A stretch of 56,666 bases of DNA, the filler included, from Sphacelaria rigidula (taxonomy: Eukaryota), in assembly GCA_964200075.2 (NCBI GenBank). It is 5 parts of 5 records of this genome, joined end to end, with 100 filler letters (N's around TTAATTAATTAA, not from the genome) between each part and the next. Parts side by side here need not be neighbours in the genome. Positions count along the whole stretch, not along the records: positions 11,355 to 22,608 come from CAXNAA020005161.1; positions 22,709 to 33,961 come from CAXNAA020005162.1; 3 more parts are not named here. One strand, written 5' to 3'. Below, in pieces: positions 11,512 through 23,820 of the stretch (positions within the stretch are counted from its first letter, which is position 1; each line of letters begins with the position of its first letter). The notes under the pieces were generated by a model. That model worked only from the letters and a program-made list of their open reading frames with translations, was not told where the DNA came from and made no database searches. A program made the translations under genes and the position numbers.

Positions 11512-12921
11512 CACGATTCGGACGAATAAAATCGTGATCCGACTCATAGCCAAGATTTGTACAAATCAATCATACGATTCGTACACAAGTTGTGATTTGT
11601 ACATGTTTTGGGTTCGTGATTCGTACAACACCACCTCGAGTGTACACATTCCCAGTTCGTGATTCGTGCGTTACACCATCAAAGGTATACGTTTCCTGCC
11701 TCCCATTGTTTCCCAATTTCCACTCATTCAGCATGAACCATGGGCACGCGCACCCCACCTTCCATTCATATGAGGTGAATCAAGCGTGCATGTTCCCCAC
11801 CTTCCTTTCATACGAGACGAATCAAGCGTACATGTTTCCCAATTCCATTCATGCGGCATGAATTATACGTACATGTTCTCTACCTTCCTTCATACAACAT
11901 GGATCGAGTGTGTATGTTTCCCACTTTTCACTTATGCAGCGCGAATCATGCGTACATGTTCACCACCTCCTGTTCACATGATATAAAAATCTTGTCTACA
12001 TATTGTTTCCCATCTGCCATTTCATGGGGCGCGACTCCTCGATTAATCTCAATCTCAATTTTTGTACTCACACAGAATACATTAAGCATGTTATTAGTGC
12101 AACGCACGCGTCTGCGTGCCCAGAGCGTTTTTTTAGCCATTGTTTCCCCCCGAGCTATGCTATTGACAGCCTTTGTGGTTTTCATGTCGTGTTCTGTGGT
12201 ACAGTCGGCCTGAACATACTGTATACAATACCACGAGCACTTGCGAAGAACACAGCACCAGCACGACTTGTACTCGCATGCTCGCGGGAGTTTTTGGTAA
12301 ACCTCTGGCAGCGTACTCTGCAGTCCGCGGGCAGTACGGTACAGCATGGCACAACACGCTTCTGCGCGCCTAGAGTGATTCTTCTAGCTGTTTATTTTCC
12401 CATGATTCATAGAGCATGGGTCACGTGAGTCATGTACGTGTCTTACACGTTGTGTTCGTGAGCATGAATCACAAATACATGTTTCCCACCTTCCATTCAT
12501 ACGAGGTGAATGACACGTGCATGCTTCCCAATTTCCGCTCACGCAGCATGAACCACACGTACATGTTCTCCGCCTTCCATCCGTACGAGGTGAATCAAAC
12601 GCATATGTTTCCCTATCTTTGTTCATACAACATGAATTGTACGTGCATATTCCCCACCTTGGGTTCATACGAGACGAATCAAGTGTACACGTTACCCACC
12701 CAAGATTCATACAGGAAATGTGATTCGTACATGCTTTGCACTTTCGATTCGTCGAATACTACTTGGAGTGTACACATTCCCAGTTCGCGATTTGTGCGAT
12801 ATGACCTTGAACATACAGCTTTACCGTCCGTGATTCATACCGGATGACTTTTTGGTACATGATATGCATTCAACATTCATGGGGAGTCAACCCGTATTCA
12901 CTCTGATTTGTTCGAAGCCTG
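11512..12921. mobile_element. Non-autonomous hAT-type DNA transposon, 1410 bp, with internal tandem repeats
   Basis: 8-bp TSD AAGATATG at 11504-11511 and 12922-12929. Imperfect TIRs CACGATTCGGACGAAT / ATTTGTTCGAAGCCTG. Arrays of a ~42-45-bp unit (CATGTTCCCCACCTTCCATTCATACGAG..GAATCA) at ~11690-11980 and ~12460-12720. Confidence 0.85.
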
Positions 12922-13082
12922 AAGATATGTAAAAGGTTCCTGTATAGTGTATGGAAGAAACGTAGTGAACACCTAAATGTTGGAGTTTTCTCAAATAGGA
13001 GTAGAAACGGTGCTCCCTCTCGAAAGGGATGCGTGGCCAATGGCCAAACGACCAAGGCAAGCAACAGTAAGTACGCCCCCTT
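12922..13082 (+). mobile_element. LINE 3' region (family A), right part
   Basis: Encodes KICKRFLYSVWKKRSEHLNVGVFSNRSRNGAPSRKGCVANGQTTKASN and ends AGTACGCCCCC. Directly continues 11395-11511. Confidence 0.8.
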
Positions 13083-15189
13083 CATTCTGCAGGGTATTGG
13101 AAACCATTGTTATCAGAATCGAAATCATGATTTGTTTTCCTCGTCTTCCTCGACCGCGGTGAACATGTCCTAGAAAAGAAGATGTGAAAAAAATGTACGG
13201 AAATAAGGTGGCACGCAGTTTTTCTCTTCGGGCCGGGGAGAAAAACTCGGGAATGCTCCCGAGCCGACTTGATTCATCTATTCAACGGTCAGACTCGAGG
13301 AATATTCTCATTTCAACTCGGGGAAAATATGCACAGTTCGCCTGTAGCCTGCGACTGCGCAAAAGCAAATAATGTGCCTGGTGGTCTTAATCTTGCGTAT
13401 GCATACATACTGCTATTGCATATTGTGCCACGTCTGGCGTATCTGTGATATTAACGGCAGATACGTTTATTACCGTATCGTATAGAACTGCTTGTTGACA
13501 TAGACCCCACGAAATTGAAGAACCGACCGTGTGTACGTCTAGAAATGCAGAAAAGCAACACTACTTCACCCTGCGGTGAAATACCGTTCATTCAGCCCTT
13601 TTCACGCTCGAAAAACAGGGAGCTGTCATCCCGCCTATTCTGGAATTAGTTCAGGGGGAAAACAGTTATAAACAAGCGCTCATCACGTGGCCACCGTCGA
13701 AGGCAGTGGAAAATTGGTTCTTGACTGACAACAGACTATTATTATCTGTTTTTGAGGTTTGCTGATGACCTGACTCACTTTCAGTACACACTTTTCTTTT
13801 CTTTTGCTCTGCTTGTAGAGTCTCAGAAGAAACCGCTCAATGAGCCCTTCTATCTCATGTAGGGAACGTTAGTGACGCTACCGGAAAGGCGAACTTGCGT
13901 CTGTGACCAATAGTTCGAGAGATCGGGCTAGTGTACGAAAGTAAAGGATAAAAATACAAAGAGTTTCGGCGGCTTCCGCCGCCACGATCACTGGATCGAC
14001 AGCCAACATACATGAGCACCGATTATAGTTACGTGCGTCGCGTATTGGCACATGGCACAGTTCGAAGAATAAAGCCGCAGCTGCTCACCTCCTCAGTATG
14101 TTGTGCGCGAAATGTTTAATTTCGAAAATAATGTCGATTCAAAAAATGAATATTTCTGCCTCGGTTGTAGTCCGAAGAGGAACATAGGTTCCCGTTGACA
14201 GGGACACATACGAAGGCTCGCCACTTGATGGAACAACCCACAACTATCAGAGATGAACCCCGGGAACTCCTCGCCACCGCAAAATAGAAAAGACACAGCT
14301 CGAGCCGTAGCTGCTCATTGCCTGAGCACGTTGTTTATCCCTTAGAGCGCGACGGTGGGCCATTTGGTCATGCACTGATTTTTCAAGTAAAATTGATGCT
14401 GATTCCGCAGATGAACAATGCTTGCGGGCAAAGGGTTACGACTTCGAACAAATCTGTTCAGAATCTAACAAGAAGCCACCCGAAAAAGATGCCGATTCAA
14501 TGTCGGTAGTTGGAGCCGTCTCATTTCAACGTAAAGAAAGCACGTGCCATATCGAAACCCGATGCCGGTTCAAAAACTGCGAAGACCGAAACAATTGAAA
14601 AACGATAGTTGGAACCGTGCCCCGACAGCCCTGTCGAGATGGCACGACGATCGATTCACACATCAAAACACGATCGAGGTGTTTAAGCCCTGCCTTGAGG
14701 CTGTGTTCGACGGAGAGCGGTTGCATGCTTGACCTCGTGTCGTATGGTTTTTCAAATATGGAGCCCATGCGATTTTCAAGTGAACTCGATGCCGATTCCA
14801 CGAATAAGCGGTCGAGATGGATGACGGTACCCCTGACAGTCGCAGGGTCTGCTCGGGCATGGACACAAGTAATTGAACGGAACGCATCGCAACGCGAGCC
14901 CTAACGCTATGCACAGCCCTAAGGTCATGCAGAACACAGCGCAGAAGGCAAATGTACTTCAGATCCAACCAGAAACAGAACGCACCCAAATGTCCAGCGA
15001 AATTCAACCTAAGACGTATCAGCAAAGAGTGTACTCTGAATCAAATGAAGACGAAATGGTGGCTTTTCAGAGCTTCAGAGAACGAACTGGCAGGAAAGAT
15101 ACGTACTCTGAAATCAGGTGAAAAAATGCAGCGAAATGATACCTGTGTGCAGGGAACGGATCTCAGAGCAAATGTAACTGCTATATGTT

Positions 15190-15601
15190 GTAATGGCAAT
15201 AGCAATAACAACAATTATTATTGTTATAATGGTGATGATGATGATGATGATGACGATGATGATGATGATGATGATGATGATGCTGACGACGATGATAATC
15301 GTGATGATGACAGCAACAATAGCAACAATAACAACAATAACAACAATAACAACAACAACACAACAACGGCGACAACAACAACAACTTTGAGTTACCCCTA
15401 TCTGTGGGAGGTGAGCCCAAAATGTGGCCCTGATCCTGAAAAGTTGACGCTGAACCTTCCTTGAGAATGGAACTTGTACCGTTACCGGCTCCCTCCCCGT
15501 CTTGATCCTGAACATTGTTCACAGCTCTCTTAATACAGCCAAAATAATAGTAGTAATGATCGTGATAATAAAGCAGTAATGGTGAAGATGATGGTGATGA
15601 C

Positions 15602-15638
<37 letters not shown>

Positions 15639-15700
15639 TGACAACAATAACGATAACAACAACAACAACAACATCAACAATAACGATGATGGTGATAAGA
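15190..15700. repeat. Two compound (GAT)n/(AAC)n microsatellite blocks
   Basis: Triplet runs at ~15190-15386 and ~15540-15700, separated by ~150 bp of unique sequence. Confidence 0.9.
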
Positions 15701-16669
15701 GTAACGGACAGTTGATGCTTAACTTTGTTCAAAAAGCCCTGATGGTTTGTTGTGCACGTACACATTACTTCTGTTCAGGCTATACTTTCAACACCACCGG
15801 GTATTTGTAGCAAACGCACAATCCACTAGCAAAACAGCACAATCGCTCCGTGAGGATTGTCTATTACGTTCGACAGGCTCCGCGGCTCATCTTCATGATG
15901 TCCTCGACGGTTTCCCTGTGCCCACACAACGTTCGTCCGCCTGTAACGCTGCCGTACATATAGAACCCAGTCAATCTTGGCATGGCCGTGTTCATGCTGT
16001 CACTTGAGTCAGCTCTTGTTTGTTTTTCATGGGATATATATATATATATATATATATGCCCCGAGTTTTGCCTGATCCGCATGAGATGCCTTCCTCGAAT
16101 GCACGGCATATTTTCACGGAAATATACACCAGAGGGATAGCAAAAGCCACCGAATTGCGAAGTGTTCGAAATGATCTTAGGCTAGCTTGCAGGTTCCAAG
16201 TGCTTGATCCAGACCTCGTCAAATACTTCGTTACACGTTTTTCGTATCAAGGACTTTACTATTTGGAAAGGAATAACCCGCCGGCAGAAAGAGCTATACG
16301 GATATCAAAATCAAGATTGTCAGTACACGTACGATTGGATGATGCTCGGAGTCTAACTCTTCGCGGTAACTTTTCGTTCTGTGTATACAAGTGTAGACGC
16401 ATGTTGAGATGGATACGAGAACATACCACGAAACGGTCACATGCCTGACTCTCGCGGCTACATTTGCAAGCTCATTTCCTCCTTCCGCGTACCATTGCTT
16501 TAGTGGGTCATCGGGTTATTGCAACGGCGTTGTGGGCATGCGTGGTCGACTACAGCTGCGATGTTTGCCACCTGCCGACGTGTCGTTGGCTCCTGATACA
16601 GCAAATAAGATGCCTCTGATCACAAGTTTTGGTGCGTTGCCTCCGCCGTGTGAAAACGTCATCCCTCAG

Positions 16670-16747
16670 CTTCGAGGGAAACGCTGTCTTTTCCGACAAC
16701 TCTTGTGACGAGAGCGGTGGTGGAGCCTACAACACGGGAGAGATGAC
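16670..16747 (+). CDS. Pmp/adhesin-like beta-helix repeat protein, exon (5' exons not seen)
   Basis: CCTCAG acceptor, GTAAGT donor, 78 bp. Reads FEGNAVFSDNSCDESGGGAYNTGEMT (FxxN and GGA motifs). Confidence 0.85.
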
Positions 16748-17261
16748 GTAAGTACGGACGTAAATACGCAAGACGTCATGTTGTTGTCGTCGTCGTCGTC
16801 GTCGTTGTTGTTGTTACTGTTTTTTGCGCTGGTGATTCGGCAGGGTGTGGAATTCCATTGATTGATTGGTTGATTGATTGTCTCGATTTGAAGGATGATA
16901 TTAAGTGGGCAGCAGCAACTGCTGTTTGTCCAGGTCACCCTTGGAGCAGGATGCGTTTGGTGTCCGTTTGACGAAGTTACCCCCCCCAAAACTGAAATCG
17001 ATAGGGGTTTCAGAGTGGAAAAATCTAGCAGAAAGACAATCGCAAGAATCCTTACGCAAGAACGGAGTCGCAAAAAACCAGTTAGTCGATTTTTTACCCG
17101 CGGCAGAAACCAACTTCACTTCGTGAAGTCGGAACTTTCGCCCCCCCCCCCCCCCCCCCCAACTACAGGCTGGAAGTGGCGATAGCAGAAAATGAAGCAA
17201 CTCATTGTAGGCTGTCATCCTAATGCAAGATAATCAGTAGGCTACGGCCCTAGCAACCTTA

Positions 17262-17437
17262 GCAGGATGCAGCTCACCCTTCATGCGACTCGCTGAACAC
17301 ACCATGGCGCTTCGCGCTTGGTGAGTGATCGTGAGCGTGGTCAGGCGAAAATCCGGCGTGCTCCGTCCTGGCTTTGTAGGGATGCGAGCTCAATGGTCAT
17401 ATGACTATCACATCAGATCATGAGTACACCCCACCCC
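17262..17437 (+). mobile_element. LINE-related repeat 3' end (family B)
   Basis: Closely similar to 32803-32980 (GCAGGATGCAGCTCACCCTTCATGCGAC...GATCATGAGTAC). Confidence 0.75.
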
Positions 17438-17439
17438 CT

Positions 17440-17598
17440 GTGCAAGAGGTTTCTGTGTGTTGTATGCAAAGTACGTTATGAACGTCCAAATGGTTGAGGT
17501 GTCTCTATTTGGAGTAGGAACGGCGCTTCGTCTCGAAAGGGATGAGTGTTCAATGGTCATATCACTACGGCAAGCACCAAATGAGTACATCCCTTCCT
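17440..17598 (+). mobile_element. LINE 3' end (family A)
   Basis: GGAGTAGGAACGGCGCTTCGTCTCGAAAGGGATG...GGCAAGCACCAAATGAGTAC, homologous to 12922-13082. Confidence 0.75.
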
Positions 17599-17768
17599 CG
17601 GGACAAGTTTACCGTCTCAGGGGATCAATTCATATCTGCCCCGGCATGGTTGGTATCTTGACCTTTGGCTATATTATCGCACATTCGATGAGCGCTTCTG
17701 CAGCTGAGCGAATCTAATCGACGCCTTCTCGGGTGTCATGCTTCGATTCCCTCGCTGCTATTTTACAG

Positions 17769-17852
17769 GTTCTCCAAGAAGGTGTATTTCTTCGACAACT
17801 ACTGCCAAAACGGTAACGGTGGCGCGATGCTTAACAGGGGCGGAACCCTCAC
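17769..17852 (+). CDS. Pmp/adhesin-like protein, exon
   Basis: TTACAG acceptor, GTGAGT donor, 84 bp. Reads FSKKVYFFDNYCQNGNGGAMLNRGGTLT. Phase compatible with both neighbours. Confidence 0.85.
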
Positions 17853-17892
17853 GTGAGTTGCCGAACAGCAGACAGCAGACAACTACCAACGC

Positions 17893-17961
<69 letters not shown>
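17893..17961. repeat. (CA)n microsatellite
   Basis: About 34 CA units. Confidence 0.95.
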
Positions 17962-17963
<2 letters not shown>

Positions 17964-18786
17964 TTTCCCCCCACTTACCGCAGGTTCTGCGCGAGTCGCA
18001 GTTTTTCGGACGTTTTACAATACTACTCAAACTGACGCCCGAAGTTGGCATTTTCCTGGGTTCATCGCACCCCTGAGCAAGAACCCCGACACCTGCGCGA
18101 TTATCGAGTTAAATAGTTTGGTTCTGGCTTTCTTAACGCACCACTGTGCCGCCACCCCGATATATGTGCGAGGATCTCGATCTGTGCCAAGCAAGACCTG
18201 CATTATTTCGGTGACCTCGATTTTTCAGGGCGCCAGACATTGTAGCCGCAAGCATGTGTGTAGTTGGCAGCTAGGGTGGCCACGGTGATGATTTGAAAAG
18301 ACAGGAAAGAAGGAACTCTCGTACAATTCGAAGTCGCAAAACTGCTGCATCTCGCGCGGCTCAAACATGTTACCATGAATGTTTAGTTCATGCGCGTGAA
18401 GCTGCGTACGACTGCGTATGCTATACTAGGTATTATATATTTTATTCGATTTCCACTCACGCTAAGAGGTCCGAAATCTCGGTCATCATTCGGGGAAGCT
18501 ACTGTACACATGCACGCACAGACGGAAGGTTGAAGTGGTACGCAGTTTTCTGATTGACCGATAGCAAATGGACTCAGAACACCTGAGTGGCCGATACTCT
18601 TTGATCGATAACTACCGTCGTCCATGACCCTTTAGAGGTGTTGGAGCGAAAGTCAACGTTATAACCTGCTGATGGAAGTGCCGCGGCTCTCGCACACGAG
18701 GGCCTATTTGGTGAAATGATTGTAACAGTGCTCTTCCCCCGTCGCTGCATCTCCGCCACCTTAACACAACATTTTCCACATGCTAG

Positions 18787-18873
18787 GTTCGGCGGGGCCG
18801 TTCAGATGCGGCGCAATGATGCTCGCGAGGGCAACGGCGGCGGACTGGCGGTTGAAGAGGGTGGTTCTGTGAG
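18787..18873 (+). CDS. Pmp/adhesin-like protein, exon
   Basis: GCTAG acceptor, GTGTGC donor, 87 bp. Reads FGGAVQMRRNDAREGNGGGLAVEEGGSVS. Confidence 0.85.
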
Positions 18874-19530
18874 GTGTGCATTCGGTGGTTGACTTACACG
18901 TGCACAGTATGAACTGCGTAAGACTGCAGTAGTGTAGCTCTCACAAATGCTATCGACTGCATGTGTACGCTATACGTTCGTCGAATTCTCGTGTACGTCT
19001 CTATCTTGCCTGCGGGAAGAAAAGTGGGGCACGATCACACCGTCGGCTTTGTTCTTGCGTGATCAACACCTAAATCGTACGTGTGAATGGTCTGGGTCCC
19101 GTCCCCTTTGTGTGCATCATACCAACGTAGGAGGATAGAGAATACACGCGCCCAGTACTCGCCACCGCCACTTTGAGGGAGGGCATGGCATATTTTGGAT
19201 CGTTGAGCCTACGAAACACCCTGCACTCGAGTCGAAAGTCCCCCGTTGTTGACCTTGTTCTTTTCCGTATGCTCGTCACCTTTCATACTATTTTATTCGG
19301 GATGCTGTCTTTGTCCGTGCACTGCATTGCATACTAAATGTTCGTTTCGATGTACTACAACATACGCGTCTTGCGTTCCCATCTGGTGAGGTCTCGCGTG
19401 TATCGTCGGCATCTCCTCATCACAACACGCATCCTTCTCAGCAAAAACCTTGTTTGCAGTCCCCTTGTGACTTCGGACTGAAAACTGTTTTTACCGATTT
19501 CTGCGTCTCTTCTCCCACCATTTTTCGCAG

Positions 19531-19663
19531 CTTTGGTGGATGGGTGACGATCGAGAGTAACACCGCTGCGATCACGGGCGGGGCCATGGCCATCGAGGAG
19601 GAATCCACCGTGACGATCAGACGCCTGGACAGGTTCCGTTTCTACAGCAACAGCAACGACGAT
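19531..19663 (+). CDS. Pmp/adhesin-like protein, exon
   Basis: TTCGCAG acceptor, GTGAGA donor, 133 bp. Reads FGGWVTIESNTAAITGGAMAIEEESTVTIRRLDRFRFYSNSNDD. Confidence 0.85.
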
Positions 19664-19759
19664 GTGAGACGCTCCGGTCTGATTTTATCTCCATCTCGTA
19701 GTGTATCTCGATAAAGCATACAAGTTGCTCCAGCGTGGTAGTGTAAGCTAGGAGGCACC

Positions 19760-19990
19760 GTTCGATCGATTGCCGCACACTGGCTGATCCCTGAGGGGCC
19801 CAGCCGTGGTGGCGAGACATACGTACCCAAGGTAAACGAACCTCAGACACTAGCTGAAGCAAAAATAAAGAGGAAGAAACAGAAATATGGGACAAATAAA
19901 CGGTAACAGACCAAATCGAAATGGAGACAAAAAACAGTAGAAAAATGAGAGGAAGGGAAAGGAGCGGCAAACAGCAAGGAAATATGTACG
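19760..19990 (-). mobile_element. 3' end of a (CAAT)n-tailed non-LTR element
   Basis: Minus strand GGTTCGTTTACCTTGGGTACGT...ACGGCTGGGCCCCT...GGCAATCGATCG is homologous to 51550-51662(+). Confidence 0.55.
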
Positions 19991-20231
19991 TACACACATA
20001 AAATAGCAACATGAAACTAGAGATGGCTGGACCCTGCAGCATAGCTTCAGATGAAGGAGGGTATACGCAAGAAGCACATGCGCTCATACACAGAAGGAAA
20101 CAAATCGGCAGTGGGAGGAGATTGCGGCTTAGGTATCTCGGCCATACTATTCGGGTATGAGCTCTCACTCATGAGCCCTACGGAGTAAGGCACCGAAACT
20201 GCTTCCTGTATAACACTGAGAAATACAAAAC

Positions 20232-20234
<3 letters not shown>

Positions 20235-20298
<64 letters not shown>

Positions 20299-20720
20299 TC
20301 AAAGAACATGGGAAGTACGGCAGCGATGAAACTCAAAGGCACAGTAGAGCATATACAAAAACACTACCACGATACACCGTAAGAGTACAGCCCAAGGAAA
20401 ACGGCGACAGTTGGTCATGAGGGAAAGACGGAAGTGTACCAGTTTCCGTGTTAGCCGAGCTTTCCCCACTCATTCCTAGTCGAGTACAAAGCTGGGCACT
20501 CTCTCGACCATCTCCATCCCGGATTCCTCGCGAACTGTTGCTGTTGTTGTGTCAGCGATGGCCGCTCTCCGATGGGTGGCTCTCGATCCAGCAGCCTCTC
20601 GTTTGTGGCGAAGGTTAGATTTGGCATTCGTCGCTACGTCTCCTTGGACTCTTTTGCCCTTTCTGTACTTCCGAGGTGTCATTAGCCCATGTTCTTCGCC
20701 GCAGTGATCAAATCGTGTGG
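20235..20720 (-). mobile_element. Possible LINE 3' fragment ending at a (CT)n tract
   Basis: RHKREAAGSRATHRRAA...TTATVREESGMEMVERVPSFVLD* resembles algal LINE ORF2 C-termini. A T-rich UTR follows, then (GA)30 at 20235-20294. Confidence 0.35.
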
Positions 20721-21194
20721 GTCTGCGCTCTGGAAAAAGTAAACAATCAATAGTCAAGACATTTGTTAAATCTATTTACGGACTGCGGGGGGAACACCAT
20801 TGTTGGTTCAATGGCTACGTGTGTTCTTTGCCGTCTGTCGAACATAAGCACGTAAGCCAGCTGTCGCGTACACAACAACGAGATTAAAAATGGCATCTGC
20901 TCACGACGCTGCTCCACGACGACTACATCGCTACAGTATAGCACACGTCCTCATGAAGAAAAGACTTCCGAATCGCTGATAACGGGTGCAAAAAAACAGT
21001 ATTCTTGGTGGCTGAAGAGGATACACACATCTAAACACGATTCGAGACGTACCTAATCGGCTTCATTCCGACTTTCATCTTACACCAGCGCCGAAAGTTG
21101 GAGCCGCAGGATTAGAACAAAAAACACGATTTAAGTTCAGAGTCGGTCGAGAAATTGATAAACTGTATGTTTTTTTCGTTTTCACCGGTAGCAC

Positions 21195-21380
21195 GGGTTC
21201 GAGCAGCAAACCCACGAAACTAGCGACGCCGATGGAGGATTCTACGTGAGTTCCCAACAGCTTCGCGGGTCGAACCGTGCCGGACCCGTCTTTCGGTATG
21301 ATTTCGGCACTGAGAAGCGTTGTCGATGTACCTATCTCACGACCGAAAACGTTGAACGGCTGTCCAAGGTTTATTTGTAG
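21195..21380 (+). mobile_element. hAT transposase C-terminal dimerisation-domain remnant
   Basis: Across frameshifts: RILR..PTAS.VE....FGMI..TEKRCR..LTTENVERLSKVYL. Confidence 0.45.
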
Positions 21381-22317
21381 ATTATCATGGTCAAGCAAGC
21401 TTCCAGGCGATACCATGAATATTTTTTGTAGGGCACTCATCTATCCTCGTTTATCCCCAGTTTCAGTACACGACCCCATCCCTTATTGCCTGCGGTGAAA
21501 AGTTCCTCCGATACGCCTCGAAAGAAGAACAAGTTCCCATATCGTGTGCACGGACGACGTCTCCTTAGGTTGTACGGCATGGGTCGGTCCACAGGTCGGA
21601 GGCATCCAAGGAAAATCCACTCTGCTTCATCGCTGTATGCTCCAAACCCGCTTACAACCGAAGAACACACTCATGCACACGCTACATGCTACACGCTACA
21701 GGCAGCCCTGTTTCACCTTTGATTCTGAACTTGTGATTCCTCCACAAAACGTGATCAATCGGCGAAGTATGTCACCCGTTCCCACTCCCTCCACAGGGCG
21801 AGCGTGGACACAGATTGCCCAGATAATGATACAAAGCACCGTCTCCTAGGGAAGCGGATGAATTGAGATCACAACACAGTGCTACATACGTATGACTGCT
21901 TGTGCGAGAGGCCCATGTTCTATAAATTGCACATGGTTTTGGTACATTGCGGTTACTCAAAACAATCATGGGACAGTCTTCACATTCCACATTTTTGGAA
22001 TAGCATTCTTAATAGTAGCATCACGTACAAACAGACGGAACGAAAACAAGGAGGCTGTCTCAGTGCCTTTAATATCGCTGTGACCCTGTTACCGACACGG
22101 TACTCGTTCTTCCACGCCTCTTCCCTCCCCTCCGTCCCCTCCTGTTGTGGACCTGCGGTTTCTATTGCATATGTCACACTGGATGAACGACCACATATGT
22201 TCTTCTACTCCATGCCCCGCCATCATCCCACCACACTGTGGTGCACCGTTTACTCGCTGCGAACCCCCTTTGTCATCATGGGATGATCTCGACGGGCCAC
22301 GCGACGACCCTCACCAG

Positions 22318-22395
22318 ACCACTGGGTGCAACGAGATCTTCGTAGACGACACTTCTACCATCAACCTCGAAGGCGACATCTGCCAGGAGTCTTGA
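22318..22395 (+). CDS. Pmp/adhesin-like protein, probable terminal exon
   Basis: The acceptor CACCAG is the first AG after a long AG-free stretch, and phase 0 matches the donor at 19664. Reads TTGCNEIFVDDTSTINLEGDICQES*. Confidence 0.65.
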   Translation, partial: TTGCNEIFVDDTSTINLEGDICQES

Positions 22396-22469
22396 AAGAA
22401 AAAGAGTGAGAAAGGAACGAGAAGAAGAACGAGGGCATGGATTTGCGGGGGGGAGGGGGAGGAAGGGGG

Positions 22470-22512
22470 GCGCACTCATTTGTTGCTTGCCTTAGTCGTT
22501 TGACCAGCGACC
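22470..22512 (-). mobile_element. Very short LINE family A 3' end, flanked by duplicated ATTTGCGGGGGG
   Basis: CACTCATTTGTTGCTTGCCTTAGTCGTTTGACCA is the reverse complement of the family tail. The flanking duplication lies at 22441 and 22514. Confidence 0.7.
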
Positions 22513-23394
22513 AATTTGCGGGGGGGGGGGGGGGGGGGGGGGAAAAACCACCCCCCCCCCGCCAAGGGGAAAAAAAAAGAGATGTCGCGTTTTCGGGCCC
22601 TACACCCCNNNNNNNNNNNNNNNNNNNNNNNNNNNNNNNNNNNNNNNNNNNNTTAATTAATTAANNNNNNNNNNNNNNNNNNNNNNNNNNNNNNNNNNNN
22701 NNNNNNNNACTGCTGCAGCACTCCGTGCATCCTTTTCATGACCGTAGAACCAGGGACAGACAGTACAGACAGTGCGGTGTCTTTTTGCCGGCAGCGTTAC
22801 TACCGTAAAATTACACGATGTCGCCCCTGTTGGCTGCGTTGACTATGCTCGTATCGTTTCATGCTCGTCGTGCCCGCCACCGATCGCGTACTCTGTAGTA
22901 TTCTGCGTACTCAGACGGTTGCTACCGCACTACTAACTGCCACGTGAATTTTTTGTGTGCGGTATTGCACAAACGGTCTGCTGCACACATTGATCCGCTT
23001 GCGACACGACTTCTACTGTTGTACCAAGCGGCGATCGGCTGAAGTAAGGGTTGATACGCCCATCATTTCGATCCCTACTATACCAGCAGCTACTGTACGT
23101 GTGCATGTGCGTGTGTGTTGCCATCCCATCCATGCTGTACCTTGACGAGATTATTTACGTGTTGGTGTACCACAGGCTCGCCGCAGGTGGCACAAGCACA
23201 AAATTCAAATCATGACCACCACTTAGCGTGGCACGCAGGCTAGATGATGGCCTCGGGTGTACAAATCCCCGGGATTTTTTTCAGAATATAAGGTGGGGTT
23301 CTGCAAACTGGTTTCTCTGGAGAAAGTGTCGGAGAAAAGTCGTCCAAAACGACTTTTCTCAGAGACTTTTTCAAGTCTGTAAGAAGCGGCCTTA

Positions 23395-23820
23395 GGCTAC
23401 GTCTACTGTATCGAAAAGCGAAAGTTGTTGAAAAGTGCTTTTTTGGCCCTTCTCCGTCGTTTTTGTCCCCGAAAGAGGGCTAGGCGGATGTGGACACCTT
23501 GGAATGACTTGCTCTCGCTGAGACCGTTCCAGAGCACCTTTGCGTTTTCTGTAGGTCATAGTTTTGCTCTTGGCCGAAAAACAGGGGCTGCCATTTTTTA
23601 ATAACTTGACCGTTTGTTATTGAAAATGCATTTTTGGCCAAAAACGAAACTATGGCCTACAGAAAACGCAATGGTGCTCTGGAACGGTCTCAGCGAGTAA
23701 GAGCAAGTCATTTCAAGGTGTCCACATCCGCCTAGCCCTCTTTCGGGGACAAAAACGACGGAGAAGGGCCAAAAAAGGAACTTTTCAACAACTTTACTTT
23801 TCGATAAATGAGAAGTAGCC
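23395..23820. mobile_element. PIF/Harbinger-type foldback MITE, 426 bp
   Basis: TTA on both sides (23392-23394, 23821-23823), GGCTAC...GTAGCC termini, and highly similar ~185-bp inverted arms. Confidence 0.85.

Noticed and set aside
22282-22317. Mutated acceptor (TGG) implying the adhesin gene is a pseudogene
   Set aside because: A canonical in-phase CAG acceptor exists at 22315-22317.
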